This document shows positions 15,901 to 28,471 of a stretch of 64,000 bases of DNA, in pieces; within the stretch, counting starts at the first letter, position 1, and each line of letters begins with the position of its first letter. Where the stretch lies: contig ADNK01001280.1 in the NCBI GenBank assembly GCA_000320545.1, positions 14,139 to 78,138 on the forward strand. Reading direction: 5' to 3'. The notes below the pieces were generated by a model. It saw nothing but the letters and a program-made list of their open reading frames with translations. It searched no databases and had not been told where the DNA came from. The translations under genes were made by a program, and so were the position numbers. Origin of the DNA: Bigelowiella natans CCMP2755. Lineage: Eukaryota; Protista; Cercozoa.

Positions 15901-17073
15901 CTTTTGAGATGGCTTACTTCATATGGTATAGCCTTTAGCATTGCAACTAAAGCTTTAAGGGGAGTGTTCTCTGGATGGTTACCATATGACTTATCGTTGT
16001 GATCGCTATTTCTGGTTGTCACATCATTTTTTTTATATTTTTTTGCAAGGCGGATTGCATGTATAATTGTCTTGCCCTCCACGTACGCCTTGAAATGTCT
16101 TGGTGAGACTTCACGAAGGTAGTTCAATATTCTTGGTAGCAGCTCAATGCTGCAATCGCAGTCTGTATTGGGAATCTTCGTTGCAATTTCAGCTAATACT
16201 GAGGTAAGAAGCGGTAATGCCATACGATGGTGTTCGTATGATATTGATGATGATGATTTAGATGACGACACGGAAGCCAAAGAGTGTTGTCCACATACTT
16301 TGCATTCGATTATTTTGAGGGTCAAATCAACCATTGACAACAAAGCTCGGTCACATACAAGCGAATCTGCGAAACAATACATAATAATCGTATGAAATAT
16401 CACTTGTCTTACAATTTGTTTAAACAACTACCTGCACCATAATTCGATAGAATTATAGCAAGCTGCGTTAGGTACAATTCTTTACGAAGCAAATCAGATT
16501 TGACTCCATCACTCTACGTCAACAAACAAAAGCCACAATGAGTTATTGCCTTTGAGAACTCAACTTCCCTCCTCTCTAAAATATTACCAAAGTTTTTTTG
16601 ACTGTTGAAGATGCCAGAAATAAACAAGGAAAGGCGCTTTGCAAGACTGGTATCAAACCAATGGCCCTATTCCTGACAAAACCGACATTACTGTGCTGTG
16701 TATACATTCGAATGCATTTAATAAAAAAGTGAGTTTTCCATGAATTCTATTGGTTTGATACTACCTATTTTTCAGCATAGGAATTGCATTGAGGAAGACT
16801 AAGTGAGCAGCATATGCCAATGACAAACGATTTTCCGGCAGTAATGGGGATTTACATCTTGAAGACGAGGAATGAGAGTACGGGGGATAGCGATAATTCA
16901 AATGTTTACGAAGATTGAGTTTTGTGGATGGTTTTCTTTGTTGCTTTTCGGGCAGTATTGTAGAAAGCGGAGGATATTGGTGGGCGGAAGAATGCAATAG
17001 ATTAAAAATGCGGACGAGACACGCAGAAGCCTGAAGGTAAAAAATGATAATATGGATATTTGCCCACACAAAC

Positions 17074-17145
<72 letters not shown>

Positions 17146-17667
17146 CTGCTCATTTCGCTTGTAGCATTATAAAACCTTATCGGCTGCCATAATAGAGGCG
17201 GAAACGCTTGGAGTGATTCCAGTTATAATAGATGAAGACGAAGCAGGACTAAATTGCGTCATCGTTGCTGCTGCACTAGGTCCAGTTGGAGAAAGAGGAA
17301 ATGGGTGCGTAGCGAGACCCAGAAGGGAGTGAAACAATCTAGGACACTGCAAAATAGTCTGAATAAAGGTGCAAAGGTTACTGCATTGGCAGCCAATAGT
17401 GTGATGTTACGATTTCGATTAGTGCAGGTATGAACCTCTGGAGGATAGTCAGCTGTTATAATGTGCAATACTGAAGCACATGCTCGATGAACAAGGGAGG
17501 CGTGCCGTGTGCGTAGCTTGATACTGATGCAAAAGTAATACCTCACAAAACATACTTTGTCACACATACACCAAAAGACACAAATAAATGATGTACTCTA
17601 ACAAACGAACAAATACACCAAACACACACATACACATACAAACACACGCGATTACGCGCGCGCGTAC

Positions 17668-17706
<39 letters not shown>

Positions 17707-19209
17707 ATATTTAAATAATAATCATAAATTAGATTAAAATATTGGTGGAGCTACGATGTAGGGAATTGCAGAGAAATTACCTCGCATCGAACAAAAATCT
17801 TGAATCATCTTGTGTTAACGCTACCTGATTTAACAAAATTGCTCGTTTCAATTGTGTTTGGAAAATTAATTTACTACTTAAAACACACCCAAAGATACAT
17901 ACCTCAGGAAAACAAAAGCTATGTTTGAAGTGGATGGCCTAAAACATTATCAAACACTGAGACAGAAGTAAGGAATCTCGAGGTGAACATTGCAACTGCC
18001 TGCTGCATAAACCCCACGTACTTCCCTAGTTTCGTCATATAAAGCGCATTTTGATACCCGTATTATTTCCCCTAATCGGTGGCTTGTGTCCGGATCAGCT
18101 GCTACCTGTGATTATTATAATTTTTGTTCTTGAATCAACGAATCGCAATGTATGATGATTGAAGTATAAAAGAGTGAGAAAAAGCATATACCTTCATTAC
18201 TAGATTTGCATGATTCTCCTTTTTGTTTCCAAAAGGGTCCGGTATAGTCTATTGTATAGGAAAGTTAACTGTATGGAATCTAAGGGCCCGATATAGTCTA
18301 TTGTATAGCAAAGTTAACTAAATGGAATCTACAAGCTAGGCCATTGTACCTCGTCAACTGATGAATTCAGTACCCTCTGTTCAACAATGTGCTGTTGCAC
18401 GTTATTTATAACTTTGAAGACAGTGTCCCGTCTACACTGTCTTCGCTCTTCAGGATGGGGGTTGCTATAAGTGGATTCAGGGGAGTTCTGCGGAGAGTTG
18501 CGTTGTTTAATTTGTTTAATATCTGGTATTGAGGACTTAAGGGCCTTATGAAAGTTTTCAAATTCAGGTAGCCAAGTCTTTCCAGTTCCGGCATACCTAT
18601 TTGTTCCATTATCACAAAATTTATTTGCTCGAATTAGCGGCATAAATGCATTTTACAAAGTGAATTTTTGCATTAATATACTTACTTTAAGAGCAGATGT
18701 TGATTGCATGCGATGCCTCCACCCCTCGCATATGCCTCAGAAAACGCCTTAAGAAAACACAACTTCAAAATCATCGGTAACCCTTCAAATTATCTAACGA
18801 TCTATTTTTTACCGGATCACTATCATTGAGATTTTGAATGAACTCCACAACATCTGCGACTTCCTCAGGACCAACAGCAGGAACCATCTGGAAAAGTATT
18901 TATGTATGATGAGCATCCTGCAAGATCGTTTGCGAGAAGAGGAAGCTGAGATATCTCTTACCTTAACTATACTAAGCATAAAGTCCAAATTTTTGGAAGC
19001 AATACTAGCCTGAGAAAGAATATGTGCTTAACAACTTGCGGAAGTGTTCACGCGTGTGTTCTCACCTCCATCAGGCCATGCTTGAGCTTGAATTTCAGGC
19101 TCTTGAGGGCTGCATGCCGAGTACTTTGAAGTCGATGTTGAAGTTTGTCGAAGAGAATTTTATGTTTAGTTGAAATCACTCTACATGAATTTGAATCTCT
19201 CTTCAGCAT
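8937..19209 (-). CDS. RTTN: Rotatin (centriole/basal body ARM-repeat protein), multi-exon, with one ~5.8 kb exon
   Basis: The N-terminal exon LFDKLQHRLQSTRHAALKSLKFKLKHGL resembles the rotatin N-terminal domain. The C-terminal exon has ILLRNLSFCTSVKTPILSD and ASHTLWSCIHDNQKGRAML, matching the rotatin C-terminus. A 2015-aa helical ORF lies between them. Confidence 0.85.
18233..18331. repeat. Two-copy 49-bp tandem duplication in a rotatin intron
   Basis: aagggtccggtatagtctattgtataggaaagttaactgtatggaatct is followed by aagggcccgatatagtctattgtatagcaaagttaactaaatggaatct. Confidence 0.9.
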
Positions 19210-19502
19210 GTTGAATGTGAGTTGTGGGGAGAGGATGTAGTAGTCATAAACACCTTCCCGCCAAAATACTTCGCACCTCAAAATCAAGCTCATTTTCCAA
19301 GTGCGACATGAAAATCAACAACATAGAATGATTGCCAGCTGACTCTAATGATGATGCTTTTGTCTTGCAACGTGACATCCATGGGATGCGGCTGATTTTT
19401 TGTGTCTCTCACCAACAGGGTGCTGACAAGTCCTTGCAACGAGTGTTGTTGAGGCTCTGCTGCGTGCAAATGCCTGTCTCCCATGTGGTTCTGGCGCATG
19501 TA

Positions 19503-21855
19503 GTTTTGATCAACGCTTTCTTCATTGTTCATTGTTCATCCATGTCATTTTGGAAACGTGGTTCTTTGTCATTGTTCATTGTTCATTGCACACTGCAAAC
19601 GTCTTGTTGCATTTTGGAAATGCAGTTCTTTGTCATTGTTCATTGTTCATTGTTCATGGACATTGACCGAAGTTTTGCTGGGTGCCCCCTCGGATGATCC
19701 GAACGTGAATCATCGTGTGGATGTGATGCTTCAGGAAGTTCCTTCTCAGAGCAGATGCCTTGCGTCGCTGCCACGTTGCTGCTAGTTGTGTTGTTCCACA
19801 TCAGCTGGATTGCCAATTTGAAAAAACGATGCTGGTTTGTTGCTGGTTGGTCCTCACTGAAGCTGGTTCGAGGCACTGCGTTTCGCACACTGCAAGTGTC
19901 TTGCAACATTTTGGAAATCCAGTTCATCATCATTGTTCATTGTTTTGTTCAGCGTGTCCCTGCTGCAGCGCATCCAGCTTGTTGGAGTGCTTGCAGCACA
20001 CCTTGTTGGATTGTCGAATGGACACGAGTCTTGAACGTGAATCTTGTCCCATGATTTTTCAACTGCTCCGATGGAAACACTTCTTTCTTTCGATCTTTTT
20101 TTCTTGGTTGACACTGCCAAGCTTGTGGCGCGCAAGGTGTGCACACGCTGCGCGCAACAAGATGCCCAGCTGTGAGAACGGGGCAATCAGCGTGTTCACG
20201 TCAGCGATCGCAAGTTCCACCCAAGTTCTAGAAAGTCTTGCTCGCAAGAACTCTTCTTCTTCTTCTTCTTCTTCTTCTTCTTCTTCTTTCCTTCCTTTTT
20301 CACTTTGTGACACCGATGGCAATGAGCAAGCTAGCAAGCTAGCAAGTCAGAGCAGCGGTGGGGATTGTGATCACCCTCTTTGTCTGCGAGTGTTTGCCCC
20401 AGCAGGCTGGCAGGGATCGAGCACCCGTGTCAACTTGTTGGGTGCGCTGAGAACTGCCTTGAAAGTTCCGCTTTTCCAGGTGCTTGAGGCACACGTTTGC
20501 AAAAGACCTTGTTGTGATGTTCAAACGAACACGAACTTTCAACTGCAAGTGATGCACACTGTGTCTAGTGTGTCCATGGTGACTTGAAGACTTGATGATG
20601 CGGTTTGTGCGGAATCACATTGGGTGTTCCACCTGTGGAAGAGGAAGAGGATCTGGGAGAACACCTGCATGGCAACGTTCAAGCCACAGAAGGCACGATT
20701 GCGACGTGATGGCGGTGGCGGACATGCATGTCAGGACGGCAGACCAGCCCCAGAGCCGGTGCATTTCCCCCAAAACTGATGAGAACCTTGAGAATCCAGA
20801 ATCAGGGATGCCAGATGGCTGGATGGTTTCATTCGTGCAGTGGGTGAGATGTCCAGCTAGCCAGGTCCGCAGACGAGCTAGCAGAGCTAGAGAGGTGCAC
20901 GTGCGGTGCACTTTGCTTGCTGGCTTGCTTCGAGTGGCGGCAGCGAGAGACGAGAGCACGACAGCTGGCATGGTGCATGTTTTTTTCAACAGAAAGGCGC
21001 AATTCATGCGGGTGTGCGTGCACAATGTCAAAATTGCGGTTTCTGCACTCAACATGCTGGCATGACCAGATGAGTGCCGATGAACAAAACACAACTCGGT
21101 CAAACCCGGTGACACTTGGCTGCAGCGCAAAAGGCGAGTTGTGCGCGTGCGCGCAGCGCTTCACATTGATGAGTGTGATCACAGAACACAACACTCTGGA
21201 TCTGCAGCTTGGCCGAGCGTTGAAATGCAACTTTTGACCGAGAAACGACCAGAATGTGACGTGTCATTTTCGAAGGCCCAAAACGCTGTTTTTGCGAAAA
21301 ATGCAAGAAGTTTGGCAAGAGTCACAAGCAACATGTGCAGCGCTGCAGCAGTGTTTTGAATGCGCAAGCGCACAAGCACATCGTGTGCACACGCTGACCA
21401 CCACATGCACACGAAAATCCCAGCTGCGTGCATGCGAATATGTCTCACTTTCTCACCACGCACTGATCGAAGCTTCAAATCGCTTTCAAAAGCTCACACT
21501 TGCTCAAACACAGAATTTGTTGCAGGTTTGACCGAGCTGTGAAATCGTGCAAGCCGAATGATGCATGGGAGGCAATTGAGCGACATTTTTGCCACGCATT
21601 CAAATGATGGTCGGATTGACTGTTGCGATGACAATCAAGCAAGATTGGTGTGACTAGCAATGCAATGCGCAGCGCAGCAGCGCGCAAAATGCACATGCGC
21701 GCTGAAATTGGCACGATGATATGGCTGCACATTGCAACAGCTCACTCAATGAATGTCCAGCGATGCAAGATGCGAAATCAAATCAAGTGAACTGTGTTCC
21801 TGAGTGCATTGCATGTGCACATCCAGGTGCTCCCTTCTTCGATTGATCACTTTGC
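19503..21855. other. TpA-erased island (TA survives almost only in CTAG)
   Basis: Manual scan of ~2.35 kb found 9 CTAG and only 2 other TA (21439, 21720). TG/CA are abundant and CpG is retained. Confidence 0.92.
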
Positions 21856-21959
21856 TAAAATTTTTGTTCCCATGAACAATTTTAGAGGAGACGCACAAGC
21901 AACCAAATAACACATTATTTCAACTTCGTCAGAGTAAATTGCAGGTTCCTTCGCTGTTG

Positions 21960-22906
21960 TCAATCATTTCGTTGGATACCAGAACTTCCGACAAAAATCT
22001 GGACAACTCCGGCCAATAATATACTTCCACCCACTAAACAAAGATCATATCGATTGATCATAATATGAAAATGAATTGCGAGTGAAAAGTCAATAATATT
22101 TTCAGCACGGCAATGATTTCTGTCATAATTATTGTACACAGGATGATATCTGGATCTAGCTGCAAAAACTAAAAAGAAAGAATCCCATTTTAAGCACATA
22201 CATAAGGCCGTTCGAAATTGCAGAGGTAAAAATGGCCCAACGAGCGACATCATAGCAGTGGTGAAACTCCTCCACATTGTAAACGAAGCAAATGCACTGA
22301 GGAAAACAACAAATCACCAATCATCTAATGAACATGTAAATATTTACGAACAGCATCAGCATTGGTTCTCACTACTGTCTAACTACGGAATAAGCATAGT
22401 CTTCAATCTCATATAACATATACCACCTCCATTACTAGTGACCTTTGGCTCTCGCGATCTTGGAATAGTTCGGCGATAATTGATGGGGTGACAGTCATCC
22501 TGATCACCATAAATACCGCAAGAGTCGTCATAATCATAGACATAGTAATTATCATAATACTTGTTATAATTATAATAATCCGGACATAATATTCACATTG
22601 TGATAAAACGTAAGGGGGGGAAAGAGAAAAATAGAGAAATAAGTAAATTGAAAATGAACTACCATACAGCGTCCGCAATCCCCAATAATATTGCCCATAG
22701 GAAAATGAAAGCTGTAGAGAGAGATAGAGATAGAGATAGAGATAGAGAGAGAGAGAGAGAGAGATTAATGAGTAAACTAACAGAAACCAATCAACCCAAT
22801 AGGCAATCGCAGGAGTTTATAAATTATTTTACTTAATCTAAAAAAAAAGAATTTGGTTGCGAGTATGTAGTAAAACGGTATATGTGATGTGTATTTGTGT
22901 GTGTGT

Positions 22907-22955
<49 letters not shown>

Positions 22956-23808
22956 CTATATGTGCTCGTCGTGCATGCATATGATTGCGTCGATGGCGAA
23001 GTGCTTAAGCATTATCATGAACGCAATGAGCTCTTCAATTTCCCCAGATTTTTATAACAAGTTGCCGTTATTCTACTACTGTGCAAGTTAGTATTTGGGA
23101 ATTAACCCTGACCATATGCATTGCTATCTCTGTTGCCGGGGACACCGATGATACTGACCATCAAAACTGGAATCTGATGACAAAGAAATGAAAAACTATG
23201 GTTGAAATAATAACAATATCAAGTTTCGAGTACGCAGCATGTATAGGAAAATTGATTTGATAAAAGATGGATACTTAAAAAAAACTGTTCGAAGTGCGTG
23301 TGCGCACCATGTTGATAAGAAATCCTCCGTATAAAATAGGTACACGCCCAATCCTGTCCGACATGGATCCAAAGATATACGATCCTAACAGAGGTGATAT
23401 CACCAAGCAGGCAGCAGGGAACATCATCATCATCAACCCTAGTCTATTACTACTACTACTACTACTTTCTATTATAGTAGAGTATTGCTCACTAGTGAGT
23501 GAACTTTCGTACCAACTGCATCAAATGCCGCACTTGTTGACATAACGTATCCTACCCATTCCTTTTAACGATTTGAATAAGTCATTCATCAATGGAGATG
23601 GGAAGGAAAACCAATATTGACTCGAGACGATAAGGGTAAATGTTAGAGTAGTAGTTTCGTCGTCGTCGTCGTTGGTGTCACAGTGTACACGTGCGTGGAT
23701 GCTTGCATGAATTAAAGCATGCATTTACAGACAACCTTTCCCAATGCTGGTGTAATCACATCTCCTGTTAATGTGGTCCATAAATATCCTGATATAAAAG
23801 AAGAAGAA

Positions 23809-23840
<32 letters not shown>

Positions 23841-26800
23841 AAGAGAAAAGGAAATAATGATGAGGAGACGTGAGTACGCCTAGTTTTTGTGTATCGTAAT
23901 AATCATTTCCCTCCATTTTTATCATACATAATAGCTGACACGACGACAACGAAAGAGCAGACGATGCCAGAGATGTTTAGCTATTGTTGTAGCCATTTGA
24001 GTAGTAGTGACGATATTACCCTGATTGCAACCGCAGAGGATGAATAAAGCCAGAAGACATTTCAACTTTTTCTCCCTACGAGCACATCGTAGACAAGAAT
24101 TCGTTCAGAGTAGAGTTGGCAGTCACAACCTAAGCCTCTGTCGCCAAGTCTCGCCAGACAGATAACCTAGCATTTTCCTCCCCCCCCTCCTTCTCCCCCT
24201 CCTCCTCCTCCGCCACCACCACCACCACCGCCGCCGCCGCTTCCACGTACCGATGGAGATCTTTTAGCTCTACAACGGACTCGCATAGAGTACTACTGTC
24301 GAGAATATATTAGATAAACGATTGGGTTGAATGATGATGTATCCATGCATGTGAAATTAATCACACTAGAAAGAAAGAGTACTTAGATTTTATGGTAAAT
24401 ATTTTATAAATACTTCTCTCTTATCCAAATTGAAATGACATAGCTGCTGTCCTCAATGGCCACAACATAAAATGACGACATAAAGTAGACTAACAAATTA
24501 AAAACGGCGCCACACACGCACTTATTACTGCCTATCACCTCCTCTGCATTTGTTCTTCTTCCGCCATTCTCGACGAAGTTGTATTCGTTGTACGGGGGAG
24601 GGATAACAAGGTAAGAAAGCCACCAGCACTGGCCGCTGCCAAAACGATGAATAGTAGCAACGGGGATGCTCCAGATGATAACAATGCCTTCATTATTTGA
24701 ATTTGTCAGTATGTATTATTGCAGGTATATAGTTACGACGACCAACACTCATTTTCAGATTATGATGATACCGAGGAGCCTAGATTCATCGCGCAATTTG
24801 CCGTTTGCAAAAACACCAAAACGATGCCATTGACAAATCCTAGTGAATTTTGAGTTTTCTCACACTCATCATCCTTATCGTCCTCATTGATGATCCCTCT
24901 GAGTAGTATCGTCATTTTCATGTAAACAACAAGAATACAGTGCTAGGCAGCAATGGCATCGTTCTGCTACTTTGTTGTGCACCACAAGAGTTGATATCGA
25001 TGCAGTGTCAAGCGCTGCAGTCACTTCGAAATACATTAACAGAAGGGAAATTACAAATGACAATCATTGATGTTGATTAATTTATTGATCATGAGAACAC
25101 TGATAATTATAATAATAGAAACGTCAAAAAAGTCAGAAAAGGAGTATTGATATAACTACGGTCATATTAGCATTATGATATTTGATAAAATATTTATCTT
25201 CGTGTTGTTTTTCCCACTGGGTTGATGTTGTTCCTGGTTCTTGTTGTTGGTTGTGTTTTTGCTGCTGTGAAGAGTCTCTGTATGCATCAACAGCTCTGGA
25301 GACTCTTGTCGCATAAAGCCCTTCGGCTGTCCACAACAAGCACGCACCCATCCCTACTAATGCGCTGAAAAGGATGATGGATGATTTTTTACTCTGAGAG
25401 AGATAATTCAACGAACAAAAGGCCACTCGCAAATATTGCTCTACCACATATTGTTACTACAGTAGCTTCATTACCTGGGAGGTAGTAGGATCACATAATT
25501 GATAACGCTAAAAATAATATATGGAATTACGGATGGTACAGAAGACAAATGTCACAAACTTTTAGTACATTGGAAAATTTTATTTTGTTAGGACCAGAAG
25601 TATCAATACTTATAATCTCTAATGTTAAAATCTTAGCTCATTGACTGATGACCACATTGATTCGCTTCTAGCAATTACATAGATAACATGGATATCTACT
25701 GCTGATGTTTAAGTCTTAACCCCCCAAAACAAAAAGGCTAGGTTAATTTTCATGATGGACTACTTTGGAATAGACTTGATCCCGAGGAGTACATTTGCAA
25801 TTTGGAATACTGTGTACGTCAGTCCCCCCGCCACGAGGGCCGTCTAAACGGGTGATTTAGTAAAATGATGCACAGATTCATCATAAGAGCATGACCGTCC
25901 GTGACCAAAAAATGAATAAATGGGAGAGAAAGAATGAGAGAGAGCATAGAATTGAGATTTATTCAGTCTTCAATAGGTCGACGATTGAGAAGAGGGAGGA
26001 AGTAAGTCACTTTGAGAGAGTAAAAATTTGGTATTGAAAGTAGTTCGGCGAGCTTTTCGAAAAAGGTTGACGCAGTTGGTTATAAAAGAACTAAATAGAA
26101 GGAAGGTACCCCACACAAATCATCCATCGCTGGTAAATATAATAAGTGTATCAGCACCTTGGGTCCTTTAAAGTATCTCACCACAAACGGTGCAACGGGA
26201 CCAAAACAGGCCATGAAGAAGTACAATACAGCTAAGAAATTAGCCAAACGAATATCAACAACGACCGATTCCAGACGAGCTGCACTTGCATAGAGAAGAA
26301 CATTTTTAACACTGTAAATATCTCGTTTTTATAGGAATATAACAAACTATACCGATTGAGTAGTATCCCAGAGTGCCATTTAAGCTAGTAAGGAGATTTT
26401 GCGTCGGCATGAGAGCAGCAAACATGAGAAAGAACTAATGGCAAAACGAATATTAGTATATAAATCACTGCTCTGGGATCCATTACAGCTGGTGAAAAGC
26501 GGGAACCAGCCAGCTTCATTTAACAAACATGTGCTTAAATGTGAACAGATTCTGTGGTATTGGCCCTGACGTAGTATCAAAATGGAGACATACAAAGCTC
26601 TTTGTACTACTACTACCACCACTACTACTACTACTACTACTCACCGCAATTCCCAAATGGTATGCCGGACAGAAGGTAGCTCTCGGAACCATGGGCGATG
26701 GAGGCTTTAATGGGGAATATGGGTCACCACCAGGATGGGCACTTTTCAAATCTTGATCCGGATAACGTTGTCTGCCGCTATTTAGGAGCGATGATGCCGC

Positions 26801-26903
26801 CGTTGACACATAGTAACGATCTTCATTTTCATTGTTCTGGTCCTTTTCATTTGAAAAAACCATTGAGAATACAGGCGCCGAGACTTCGCCAACAGAAACA
26901 CCT
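21960..26903 (-). CDS. UNC-93-like / MFSD11-type MFS membrane protein, multi-exon (5' end uncertain)
   Basis: Exon ILFSALVGMGACLLWTAEGLYATRVS carries the UNC-93 family G-A-x-L-W-T-A-x-G motif. Several hydrophobic exons with GT-AG boundaries follow. Confidence 0.7.
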
Positions 26904-27507
26904 AGAGTACATTGTCGGGGGGCGGGAAAGAGGTAGTGGGTTATGTATCATCAAGCGCATTCGACCACGGGCATGAAATATTCTCCCTTCATCTCCTAGA
27001 ATCATGATCGTCATCGTCTTCATCAATCAGACCTCTGTTCTTCTTCTTCTACTACTACTTTACTACTACCATTACTACTGCTAAGAGTACTACTACTACT
27101 TCTACGAGAACTTGTGCTTGTAGTTCTTCTTCCTCTTCTCAGTTGAGATTTGAATTCCGATAATAATAATCCGTTAGAACTACTACTACTACTACTACTA
27201 CTACTACAACTACTTCTACCTCACTACTCTCCTCTCTCAATGGATCCTGGTTCCGAACGAAGAATTCAATTGAGGAAGATAGGTCTAATACATGTAGCAT
27301 AAACTCCGAGAAAGAGACATATTTTTTGGTAAATTTTAAATATAGCACATGTTTGCAAGTCTTTTGTTCAAATTGTAGGCCAATTATAGATAAAATAGTT
27401 TGGCAATAGAACCCTTTGTCGCATTGCTACCAGGCGAAAGTACGCACACCAGTAGTAGTAACAGGGGCGCAGCTCTGAGGTTGTTTGTTTAAGCTCGGCT
27501 TTCAATC

Positions 27508-28131
27508 ATGGGCCGCGTACACCTGCGCTTCCAAAGATGGGGTCGAAAAAGGCGTGCCTTTTATAGGTTGGTTGCCGCAAATCCGACCAAGAAAAGGGAT
27601 GGAAAATACATCGAACTTCTTGGGACATACAACCCCATCCTTCAAAAAGATGGCAAGAAGATAGCAAGGCTGGAAGTCCTGGTTGGTATTCTTTAGAAAT
27701 TTTTTCCTGTCCATTTGCTTCATCAAGTTGCAAACAATTAAGAACACAGCAGATAACTCTTTGTTCGTACATGTCAGAGAATCAAATATTGGCTTTCAGT
27801 TGGAGCTCAGCCCACTGGTGCAGCTGCCCAGCTCCTTTCAGATGCGGGACTCATTCCAGAGCTTCCTCGTCGAACAAATTTAAAAAAGAAACATATTGTA
27901 AAAGCCCAAGAAAACGGTTTGGATGGGGACATTCTAGATATGGTTCTGGGAGATGGGACAAAAGGCAGCCACATTGATACAACAGGATATGTTGTTGTGG
28001 ATGAATCCGTAATCAAGAAAGCTGAAGAAGACCAGGATCGATATGAAATGAAGGATAATGAAGCTGCTATGGCTATTGATTCATCAGATCTACCGTTTGA
28101 CAAATATGAACCCACAGAGGAAAAGTCTTAG
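27508..28131 (+). CDS. rps16: Nucleus-encoded organellar (probably mitochondrial) ribosomal protein S16, one intron ~27682-27777, acidic C-terminal tail
   Basis: MGRVHLRFQRWGRKRRAFYRLVAA...RDGKYIELLGTYNP is spliced to RIKYWLSVGAQPT. Confidence 0.92.
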
Positions 28132-28399
28132 GTAAAGTACATATTCAACTTGAAACATCTATCTCCCAAAATAATGGGGCTAAAGTAGAGTGACAGGCTA
28201 TTAAAAAGTATTATTTTCAACTATGGTTGGAAGTACAAGAAACTGTTTGCCGTCGCGACTGCTATAATGGTTTCATGAACATGAGACACCGCCGATTGGT
28301 TCTTGATGTAGATCGTACACTAGGCTTGTATGATTGATGTTGCCGTAACGTCAGTCACGTAGTCTGGCGGCGATGATTCTGATGGGCTTAAGTAACACA

Positions 28400-28435
28400 T
28401 GTCACATCTCCTTCGCTTGAAGATGCCAGTGCGAT

Positions 28436-28471
<36 letters not shown>

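Noticed and set aside
17065-17145. (CA)n next to (TA)n in introns as evidence of TA conversion
   Set aside because: Compound microsatellites are common and are explained by slippage, so they are not diagnostic.
18233-18331. CRISPR-like repeat
   Set aside because: Only two adjacent copies with no spacers, in a eukaryotic intron.
19290-21732. Numerous overlapping ORFs on both strands (also 28.7-30 kb and 54.2-55.2 kb)
   Set aside because: They are a by-product of TA loss removing stop codons, and show no recognisable domains.
19503-21855. Classical RIP or CpG-methylation decay as the cause of TG/CA richness
   Set aside because: CpG is abundant and TA is absent, the opposite of what C to T processes produce.
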